Shown here: in pieces, positions 1 through 12,300 of the stretch
Position numbering within the stretch: the stretch's first letter is position 1
Layout of the letters: each line of letters begins with the position of its first letter
Source of the DNA: Nitrospirales bacterium
Lineage (GTDB): Bacteria > Nitrospirota > Nitrospiria > Nitrospirales > UBA8639
Reading direction: 5' to 3'
NCBI GenBank assembly: GCA_022824735.1
Contig: JAJDZI010000136.1
Span: 1 to 49,235, forward strand
DNA: 49,235 nucleotides
Translations under genes and position numbers: made by a program
Notes under the pieces: model-generated
Told to the model about the DNA's origin: nothing
The model's database searches: none
What the model saw: only the letters and a program-made list of their open reading frames with translations

Positions 1-161
1 TGCGTCAACAGTTGCTGGACGGCATCGGGAGTAAGAGCAATCCACTTTTGATCGCGGAACCTGAAAGAGGCTAACGCCCGCCTTGGCGAACTGCCGGTGC
101 CGGATGCTGAAATTCACAAGAACGGCGGCTGCCCCCAACCCCTGCGTTATGACCCCAGAGC

Positions 162-198
162 TTGACAACGCCTATAAAGTAGCTACAATGGCTACTTT
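162..198 (+). promoter_or_regulatory. Putative sigma70-like promoter plus operator palindrome upstream of the toxin-antitoxin pair
   Basis: TTGACA (162-167), 16-nt spacer, TACAAT (184-189). A perfect 8-bp inverted repeat AAAGTAGC (176-183) / GCTACTTT (191-198) brackets the -10 box, just upstream of a GAGG Shine-Dalgarno and the ATG at 205. Confidence 0.4.
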
Positions 199-204
199 GA
201 GGTT

Positions 205-489
205 ATGATGTGCGCGGTTGGCGTTAAAGAATTAAAGAATCGTCTCACGCATTACCTGCACCGAACCAAGCAAGGGGAAGAGGTAATCGTCACGGAACGC
301 GGCAAACCGATTGCGCTCCTCCAACCCATCAAAGCCGCCGACCAAGCCACCTCGCTCGAAGCTCGCTTGTCTCGATTGGCTTCCCTGGGTCTCCTCACCC
401 TGCCCACTCGACGAACCCGTCAAAAACCGAAACCGATAAAAGTCTCCGGACCGCCTGTTTCAGAAGCTATTCTCGACGATCGACTGTGA
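205..489 (+). CDS. Type II antitoxin, Phd/YefM (prevent-host-death) family
   Basis: 94-aa ORF. N-terminus VGVKELKNRLTHYLHRTKQGEEVIVTERGKPIALLQPI matches the Phd/YefM antitoxin fold signature. Its stop overlaps the GTG start of the downstream PIN gene (GTGA), a typical TA arrangement. Confidence 0.85.
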   Translation: MMCAVGVKELKNRLTHYLHRTKQGEEVIVTERGKPIALLQPIKAADQATSLEARLSRLASLGLLTLPTRRTRQKPKPIKVSGPPVSEAILDDRL

Positions 490-920
490 TTTATTTCGAC
501 ACGAGCGCTCTCATCAAGCTGTTTGTCCTGGAACAAGGGAGCGAAGACGCACAACGCCTTTCCCGTGATCATCTTCCCGTAGCAACGGCGACGATTGCCT
601 ATACTGAGATGTATTCGGGATTCAATCGAAGAAAGCGGGAAAAGTATCTCTCAGGGCAGCAATATACAAGACTAACCAGACGTTTCGAGGAACACTGGAC
701 CACATATATCCACATCGAACTCACTGGGGAAGTGCTGGCTTTAGCCAAATTTCTCCTTGAACGTCACCCGCTCCGAGCCTTCGATGCCATCCATCTGGCT
801 TCGGCAATCAGTCTCCAAAAAGGCACCCAGGAACCGTTGCAATTTGCCGCTGCCGATAGCCGCTTACTCAATGCCTCTTCAGCCGAACAGCTTACTCCTT
901 GGCGAATAGGAATCCCATGA
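486..920 (+). CDS. vapC: PIN-domain ribonuclease toxin VapC
   Basis: 144-aa ORF beginning MIYFDTSALIKL (first acidic PIN residue), with a later AFDAIHLASA motif. 4-nt overlap with the upstream antitoxin. Confidence 0.85.
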   Translation: MIYFDTSALIKLFVLEQGSEDAQRLSRDHLPVATATIAYTEMYSGFNRRKREKYLSGQQYTRLTRRFEEHWTTYIHIELTGEVLALAKFLLERHPLRAFDAIHLASAISLQKGTQEPLQFAAADSRLLNASSAEQLTPWRIGIP

Positions 921-1022
921 TCGTCATAAACACCCTTAGCGGGGACCCAAAGTTTTTCCCAAGCGGGGCCGTATGAATAGAGGAGCAAGAGGGAAAGACG
1001 CTGGATTCCCGATTAAAAATAG

Positions 1023-3062
<2,040 letters not shown>

Positions 3063-3082
3063 ACTTCACCATCCTCACCTTA

Positions 3083-3165
3083 ATCCTCTCCCATCAAGGG
3101 AGAGGATATTCTCTTCACTCCCTCGCCCCTTGCGGGAGAGGGGCCGGGGTGAGGGGGAAAAAGAA
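3083..3165. repeat. REP-like palindromic elements; possible transcription stop after the topoisomerase gene
   Basis: Perfect 10-bp hairpin ATCCTCTCCC-atcaa-GGGAGAGGAT (3083-3107). It is followed by an imperfect GC-rich palindrome CCCTCGCCCCTTGCGGGAGAGGGGCCGGGGTGAGGGGG and an A-rich run. Confidence 0.5.
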
Positions 3166-3216
3166 AAAACGCGCCCCGATCCATGGCCTGGCTACGGCCC
3201 ACTATTCACATGACGG

Positions 3217-3245
3217 TTGACTGTCAGGCAAAACCACACGATAAT
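3217..3245 (+). promoter_or_regulatory. Putative sigma70-like promoter for the PKS gene
   Basis: TTGACT (3217-3222), 17-nt spacer, GATAAT (3240-3245), about 60 nt upstream of the PKS start. Confidence 0.35.
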
Positions 3246-3308
3246 GCCTGAACAGTCCATAGGAAAATGCGTTGCACTATTGCCCCATGACTAAGAAAGC
3301 GTGTTTTG

Positions 3309-6300
3309 ATGAAGAAAAAATCTTCCGAATCTCCCGATCCTTCCAAAAAACAACGTAGCGAACCTGAAATTCAAAAACAGGCCAACTCCGGCTCCAACCA
3401 GCCCATTGCAATCGTGGGCATGGCGTGCCGGTTTCCGGGCGCGCCGAACATCTCTGCCTTCTGGCGTCTGCTCGAAGCCGGTGAGAACGCGGTGACCAGG
3501 GGTTCGCCGGGCGAGAGCAACGGGCGCGTGGGCCAGATGTTCCCGAACGACGTGCCCGTGCACGACGCCTCCCGGTTCGGTGCGTTTCTCTCCGGAATCG
3601 ACCAGTTCGACGCGGAATTCTTCCGCATCTCTCCTCTTGAGGCCGCATCCCTGGACCCGCAGCAGCGGCTGCTCCTGGAACTGAGCTGGGAGGCGCTGGA
3701 GGATGCCGGCATTGCGCCGGAACGGCTCGTGGGGAGTCGCACGGGGGTCTATGCGGGAATCGGCAGCTACGAGTACCAGGAATTGGCGTGCGCAGGGAGT
3801 GAGTCCATCGGCCCGGACGCGACGCTGTATATGGTAACCGGGAACCGTTTCAGCACGGCGAGCGGACGTGTGTCATTCTTTCTCGGTCTACAAGGTCCAT
3901 CGGTGGCGATTGACACCGCATGCTCGTCGTCGCTGGTGGCAATGCATCAAGCGATAACGGGCCTCGAGCGCGGCGAGACCGATCTCGCGATCGCGGGCGG
4001 CGTCTGCGTGATCCTGTCGCCCCTGACAACCGAAGTGATGGCCAATGCCGGGATGCTATCGCCGACGGGACAATGCTGGACATTCGACGAGCGGGCGGAC
4101 GGATTCGTGCGCAGCGAAGGCTGCGGGATGCTGGTCCTCAAGCGCCTCGACGAGGCGGAGGCGGCCGGCGACCGGATTTGGGGAGTCATTCGCGGTTCGG
4201 CGATCAACCAGGACGGAGTGCGTCCGGGGCTGTCGGTGCCGATACGACTCACGCAGGAGCAAGTCATTGAGGATGCGCTGGCGCGCGCGTCCGTGGCTCC
4301 GTCACAGGTCGATTACCTTGAGGCACATGGGACCGGAACAAAGCTGGGCGACCCCGTCGAAATCGCCGCCGCCGCATCCGTCTATGGTCGGGGACGGAAC
4401 GACGAACGCCCCCTGCTCGTCGGGTCGGTCAAGACCAATATCGGCCATCTAGCGGCGGCCGCAGGGACGGCTGGTCTTATCAAGGTCCTGCTCGCGATGC
4501 GCCAAGGGGTGATTCCCAAGCATCTCAACTTCCGGAATCCGAACCCGCAGATCCCCTGGAATCCGCGGGTCGTACAAGTGACGTCGGAGATGATGGATTG
4601 GCCAGGTACCCCTGATCGACCGCCTCGGGCGGCGGTGAATTCGTTCGGTTTTTCCGGCACGAACGCGCACGTGGTGGTGGAAGGGTATCCTGCTCCGGAC
4701 ACTACCGGAGCCGATGAAAAACAGTGGCCCACCGGTGCCGCGCAACCCGTGGCCGTGGCACTCCCGGAATTTGCAGCGGACCTGCCGGTCAAAACCGGGG
4801 AACTCACCGCGCGTGCCACCCGGTTCCTGCCCTTATCAGGGAAATCGGACGACGCCTTGCGGGATCTGGCCAAACGATACCTGTCCTGGCTGGACGAACG
4901 AGGGCTTTCATCAGGGGACGCGGTCGAGCCGCTGCTTGCAGACATGGCGTGGACCGCCGGCACCGGACGGAGCCATTTCGATCACCGCGCGGGCGCGGTC
5001 TTCCACGATGTCGCGTCACTGCGGGACCGGCTTAAGGCGCTGGCTGAAGCGGGCCAGGACGCGGAGCCGAGGATGGCGACCACGGTGGCGTTCGCCTATA
5101 CGGGCCAGGCCAGCCAATGGGTCGGGATGGGAGAGGCGCTCTATGCGAGCGAGCCGATGGTGCGGGCGGTGCTGGACCGTTGTGACGCGGTCCTGCGGGA
5201 AACGCGGGGCGCCTCGTTGCTTGACGTGATGTTTGGGCGGGCCGCGACACAGGGTGACTTATACGACGTGGCGTGGACGCAGCCGGCCATCTATGCCCTC
5301 GAGTGTGCACTCACGGCGCTGTGGGCGAGCGCAGGCATTCGACCTGACGTGGTGGTGGGTCACAGCCTTGGTGAATTGGCCGCGGCACAGGCAGCGGGCG
5401 TGTTCGGCCTGGAGGACGGATTGCGATTTGCCGCAACGCGGGGAGCGCTGATGGCGGCTTTGCCGGAAGCCGGCGCGATGGCCGCGGTGTTTGCGCCGGC
5501 GCCGCAAGTGGCAGAGGCCGTACGTGAGCAGAATGCGGCAACCGGATACGCAGGCGTGAGTGTTGCCGCAGACAACGGATCGCATCAGGTGGTTAGCGGC
5601 ACGATCGAGGCGGTTGAGGCGATATCGGAACGCTTTCTCTCCGAGAACCTCCTGGTCAACCGGTTGAACACGACATTGGGGGCGCACAGTGCCCTCGTGG
5701 AGCCGGCGCTGGACGATCTGGAAGCGGCTCTTGCGAATACTGCGATCGCGCCGCCGTCGCTTGCCTTGGTGAGCAACGTAACGGGCCGGGTGATGGGGCC
5801 GGGGGAAACGCTGGATGCGGCGTACTGGCGACGCCAGGCGCGCGAACCGGTGGCGTTCGCCTCCGGTGTCAGAACGTTGGCGGACCGCGGGGTGGACCTG
5901 GTGCTGGAGATCGGGCCGCATGCAGTACTCGGACCGATGGTTTCCCTGGCTTGGCCGAAGTCCGACCGGACGCCGGCACCGGCGGTGCTGTGGAGTTTGC
6001 GTCAACCATCCGACAATGCCCCGGCAGGCAACTCGACGTTCGTCAAAGCGGTCGCCGGGGCGTACACCGCGGGACTTCCAATCCGTTTTGCAGGGCTGTT
6101 CGCGGGAGAAACGCGGCGCCGTATTGCACTCCCGGCTTACCCGTTCCAGCGCCGCCGTCACTGGGTTGACGCACAGAAGCGACGCTCGTCCGATGCGGGA
6201 CACCCGCTTCTGGGGACACGGCAGGATTCGGCCCATGGCGACACCGTGTTTGCCTCAGAGGTCCGCGCAACGGACCCCGAATGGCTGAACGATCACCGGG

Positions 6301-9300
6301 TATTCGATCAGGTGGTGGCGCCGGGCGCGCTGTTCGGCGCCATGGCGGCAGGAGCACTCTGGAGCGAGGGCGTCCGGTCGGTAACTCTGGAAGAATGCCA
6401 GCTACACAGTCCCATGATCCTTCGGGATGAGAAAGCGGAAGGGAACGGGAAGTCGCGCGAAGCGAGCCGAAAGCTGCAACTGCTGTGCGAAGGCCCGAAG
6501 ACGCAATCTTCGCGGCGCTTCGAAGTGTTCAGCAAAGGAAGTGAAGACGACTGGATTCTGCACATGAATGGCCGGATGCTGCCGGACGTGTCCCCCGATG
6601 CAGTCCCGGCACGAATGGATCTCGATGCCGTCAGGGCCGGCCTGACGCGCGGCGACGTCGCAACGCTCTATCGCAACAAAGCCAGCACCAAGGTCGTGCT
6701 CGGTCCGGCGTTTCGCCTGCTGCAAACAATCTGTTTCGGCCCAGGCGAGGCGATCGGCGATATCGTTCTGCCGCAAGGCCTGGAGCAAAGCGGCATGGAC
6801 ATGCATCCCATTCTCCTCGACGGATGTTTCCAGGTCCTGATGGCGGCGCGCGACCAGGCCAGACGCGCCGGCCAGTCAACCTATATGCCGTTCGGGTGGG
6901 AACGGTTGTGGCTGCTCGGACCGCCCCCGCAACACGTCGTCTGCCACGTGCGCATGCGCGGGAGCGGCGCCGGTGCCGAGGCAATCCGGGACGATTCGGC
7001 GGAAGTCCTGAAGGCAGACCTGTGGATCTATGCGCCGGATGGTGAACCCATCGGAGGCGTGGAAGGGTTCACGATGAAGCGGGCGACGCGCGCGGCAATG
7101 CTCGCGACAATGACCGAAGTTCACGACCTGCTTTACGAAGTGGCCTGGCGGGAGCGGGCGCCTGCAAAGGGGCCCGGTTCCACACGGTTGCCCGCCGGCG
7201 CGGCGACCGGGGCGGCTCGATGCGCGTCGTTCTCCGACTATCTGCACATGGAGGGCGTGTCGCCGGCGCAACTGGTCGAGTTACTCACCGATTTGGATTG
7301 CCTGTCGCGATCATACGCTGTCGCGGCGTTCCAACGACTTGATTGCCGGCGGCACGCGGGTGCTGCAGTCGAGCCGCAGGCGCTGGCAGACGTACTCGGC
7401 GTCGGAGCCGAACATCGCAAGCTGTTCACCCGCTTGATCCTGATGCTGAACGAGGCGGGAGTGCTTACCCCCGGGGCGGACGGCAAACTTGCCGTCGCGG
7501 TTGGACGCGGCGAGCCGTTGCCGGACGGAGGACTTGGTGATCCGCAGCGACTGGCCGCCGACCTGGAGGCGAAACATCCATATGGCAGGAACGAGATCGG
7601 GCTGTTGCGCCGTTGTGGCGAAGCGCTGGCCGACGTGCTGCTGGGCAGGACCGAGCCGCTGACGTTATTGTTCGGTAGTGGCGAGCCGTCGGCGGCCGAC
7701 GTCTATCGCCATTCCGTCGCGGCGCACGCCAGCCATCGGCTGCTGGCAGACGCGCTCCTGCCGCTGTGCAAGGCGCTTCCTGAGGGCAGGACGCTGCGTG
7801 TGCTTGAGGTCGGCGCCGGCACGGGCTCCGCGACCGAGGCGGTGCGCTCCGTGCTTCCGGACGGGCGCTTCGACTACGTCTTTACAGACGTCTCCGCAGG
7901 CTTCTTCGCCGCGGCCGAGGAACGCTTCGGCGGCGCAGAAGCCTCATTCGATTACCGGGTTCTGAACATTGAAGTGGATCCGTCAACGCAGGGGTTCGAC
8001 CGGCAGGGGTACGATCTGGTCATCGCGTCAAATGTGCTGCATGCCACACGGCACCTGGGGGAGACGCTGACGCACTGCGGTTCGCTGCTCGCCCCGGGAG
8101 GCCGGCTCGTTGTACTCGAGATCATGCGCGCCCGGCACTGGCAGGACCTCACTTTTGGGCTGCTTGAAGGGTGGTGGCGTTTTGCCGATCCCTACCGGCC
8201 CGCGAGTGCAATCGCCGGCCCTGCGGTATGGCGGCAGGCGCTTGGCGACGCGGGCTTCAGCGACGTGACGATCCTGGGAGGCGGAGACGACAGCGCCGGC
8301 ACACAGGTCGAGCGCGCACTGATCCTGGCCCGTGCTCCCACTGAGACACAGCCGCCTGGCGTGTGGGTGTTGGTATGCGATCGCAGCGGTGTCGGCGATG
8401 CGCTCACGCGTGAGCTTGCCGTGCGCAACCAGACGGTGGTGGTCGCGTGCGAGAATGACGCCGTGGGTCCGGATCTCCATGAGGTCGTGAAGACTCGTGT
8501 TTCACTGCAGCGCCGGGAGTCGTGGAAATCGTTGTTCGACGGTCTGCCCCCGGCACCGGCGTTGCAGGGGATCGTGCACTTGGCGTCGCTCGACGGCCAT
8601 GGGAGACGAGCGACGTCCGGCGAGATCGCGCAGGACGTGAAACACGCGCAGGCAAGCGCACTCGCGTTGGCACAGGGCGCCATGGATGCCGGCGTGACGC
8701 TCGCCAAGGGCCTATGGCTGGTAACGCGCGGCGCCCAGGTCCTCGAACGTGAACGAGAGGGGACACCGGCCGGGGCGACGCTTTGGGGGTTCGGCAAGGT
8801 CCTGGCTTGCGAAGTGTCGCATCTGATGCCACGGATGATTGATCTTGATCCGGAAGTCCCTGTGGACTGTTCCGTTCTCGCCGATGAACTGCTGTGGCCC
8901 GATGGTGAGAACCACATAGCCTGGCGAGGTGGACGGAGACATGCCGCGCGCCTGGTCCGGTCCGGTGTCGCACGACCGCGCATGTCGCTCCCGGACGAAC
9001 GCGGCTGGCGGCTTGAGCCCGGCGCGGGAAGAACGCTCGATTCGCTACACGTGGCGACGGTACCGGCACGTCCCCTGCAACCGGGCGAGGTTCGGGTCGC
9101 AATCGAGGCGGCTGGCCTGAACTTTCGCGACGTGCTGCGCACGCTGGGCATGCTGGAATCAGGGGAACTTGGGTGCGAGTTGTGCGGCAGGGTCGTCGAC
9201 GTCGGCGCGCAGGTCTCGCACTTGTCGGTCGGCGACCGGGTCGTTGGCATGACCTTCGGCACATTCGCAACGGAGGTGGTGACACGGGCCGAGTTGCTGG

Positions 9301-12300
9301 TGCTTGCACCGGCGGGGATCCCATCCGCAGTACTCGCCGGAGTGTCCACCGCGTTTGTGTCAGCCGACTTGTCATTCGAACTCGCCGGGATAAAGCCGGG
9401 CGAGCGCGTGCTGATCCATGCCGGTGCCGGTGGAGTTGGACTCGCCGCTATCCAGTTGGCACAAGCAGCCGGCGCGCGGATATTCGCAACGGCCAGCGCG
9501 CCGAAGCAGGGGTTTCTTCGTTCACTCGGAGTGGATGCGGTGTATGACAGTCGCACGTTGGCTTTCGGGAGGGCGGTCCTCGAAGATACCGGTGGCGACG
9601 GGGTTGATATCGTACTGAACAGCCTGACCGGCAGGGGTTTCATAGAGACAAGCTTGTCCTGCCTTGCGCGCGGCGGCCGTTTTGTTGAACTCGGTGTACG
9701 CGATATCTGGAGCGCGGAGGACGTGGCGATGGCACGGCCTGACGTAGGGTATTCCGTTTTTTATCTGGACAACTTCAAGGAACGTGATTTTGTCCGTGCG
9801 GGCCGGGCGCTTGCGAGCGTCATGAGGCGTATCGAAGCGGGCGATCTGACTCCGATTCCGCATTTGTGTTGGTCAATGGCAGAGACTTCTTCGGCAATGG
9901 CCTTCATGCGTTCTTCCAAACATATCGGTAAAATTGTGCTGACGCAACCGCCGTGTGCGCACGGACGCGTGCGTGGCGATGCGACCTATCTCGTGACCGG
10001 TGGGTTCGGGGGAATCGGCTGCGCGCTGGCCGGTTGGCTTGCCGACCACGGCGCGGGCACGATCGTGCTCAATGGACGCCGCCCCCCGGATGCGGCCGCG
10101 CGGGAGACGATACGTGCGCTGGAATCACGCGGCGTCACTGTACGCAGTGAGATTGCGGACGTGACGGTAGCTGCGGAAGTGGCCGCGATGCTGGGTCGGA
10201 TCGACGCCGAGCTGCCGCCCCTCGCCGGCATCGTCCACAGCGTGGGCGTGCTTGCAGACGCCTCGCTCGTGAACCAGAGCTGGGAGAGCTTCGAGACGGT
10301 GGTCTGGCCGAAGGTACTCGGCGCATGGAACCTGCACCGGGCGACCGAGCATCGCGATCTTGACCTCTTTGTCCTGTTCTCCAGCGCGGCCGGTGTCATG
10401 GGCACTCCCGGGCAAGCGAATCATGCCGCGGCCAATGCATTCCTTGACCAGCTCGCCGCCCACCGGCGGGCGCTCGGCCTTCCCGGCCAGACCATTGCGT
10501 GGGGTGCATGGTCGGAACTCGGCGAGGCGGAGGAGCACCGCGAACGTATCGCCGGACACCTTTCGGCCCGGGGCGTCCGCTGGATGACGCCACGACAAGG
10601 GTTGCAGGTCTTCGAGCGGCTGCTGCGCGAGGACGCGGGGAATGCGGTGGTGATGGCGGCGGACTGGCCGGTGTACGGGGCGGCGCCGACGGCGCCCTTG
10701 CCGCTGATCGAGGAGTTGCTCTCTCTCGGATCGCGGGAAACGGCGCCGGTGCCCGAAATGCCGAAACGGCAGGACGACCTGCTGACGCGCTTGCGAAGCG
10801 CTGCCTTATCCGAGCGCGAAGGGCTGCTGTGCACCTTTGTGCTGGACGAGTTGCAATCGATCATGCGACTCCCCGCGCGACCTGCGCCGCGCGCGCGTTT
10901 CTTTGATCTCGGCATGGACTCCCTAATGGCAGTCGAATTGAGAAATCGCCTGAACCGGGCCTTCGCCGGCGCTTACGTGGCTTCCAACACGTTGGTGTTC
11001 GATTACCCTGACGCTCACACCCTCACTCGATTCCTTGTCGATGAGCTCGCCGAGGCGCTCGGCGGGGAAAGCGAGTCCAAGCCGGTATCGGCTCCCGCCG
11101 AGCAGATTGTCCGCGAGAGGCCGCACCACGGCCCGGGCAGCGACGAGTCGATCGCGATAGTCGGCATGGCTTGCCGGTATCCAGGCGCGCCGGACCTCAC
11201 CGCATACTGGAATCGACTCGCATCGGGCGTCGATCTCATCTCTGACGGACGCCCGGATTTCGAATCCTGGAGCCATGGCGTTGGAGATCCCGGGGCGGTT
11301 CATGCGTCGTTGCGACGCGGCGGGTTCGTGTCGGGTATCGACTGCTTCGATGCAGGCTTCTTCGGTATCCGGCCGATCGAAGCCAAAGCGATGGATCCAC
11401 AGCACCGGATGCTGCTGGAGACGAGCTGGCACGCGCTGGAAGATGCGGCTATCGATCCCTCTCGACTGCAGGGAGCGCGCGCAGGCGTGTACGTGGGTCT
11501 GGGACCGGGTGAGTATCGTGACCTCATAAACGCAGGTGGCGAGCACGGCGGCTATTTCGGCACGATGGGCAGCATTGCGGTGAGTCGTATCGCTTTCGCG
11601 CTCGGACTTGTCGGCCCCGCGATTCCCCTGGATTTGAACTGCGCCTCGTCGCTGGTTGCGGTTCACGAGGCAGCAATGGCGCTGCAGCGCGGTGAGATAG
11701 AACTCGCGCTGGCCGGCGGTGTCAACGCTATCCTGTCGTCCGGGGTCATGGGGTTTCTGATAGAGCATGGCCTGCTCTCCCCGACCGGTCATTGTGCTTC
11801 CTTCGACGCGTCGGCAGACGGGTACGTGCGCGGCGAAGGATGTGGCGTCATTGTCCTGAAACGCTACAGGGACGCGCAGTCTGACGGCGACCGGATTTGG
11901 GGCGTGATCCGTGGCTCGGCCGTCAATCACAGTGGGACAGGTGCCGGGTTGACGATGCCCAACGGGCCGGCCCAGCAGCAGGTCATGCAAGACGCGCTTG
12001 CTCGGGCGGGAGTGGCGCCGTCGGACGTGGACTACGTGGAGGCGAACGCAGTCGGCTCGGCGCTCGGCGACCCCATCGAGGTGCAGGCGACAGCCATGGT
12101 ATACGGCAACGGACGGGAGCAGGAGCGACCGCTGCTCGTTGGATCGGTGAAGTCAAACATGGGCCATCTGGAGGCTGCCGCAGGCATCGCCGGATTGATC
12201 AAGGTCGTACTATCGATGCGCTACGGCACCATTCCGAAGCAACTCCATTTCGAGACGCCGAGCCCGCATGTGGACTGGAACCTGTTGCCGGTTCGGATCG

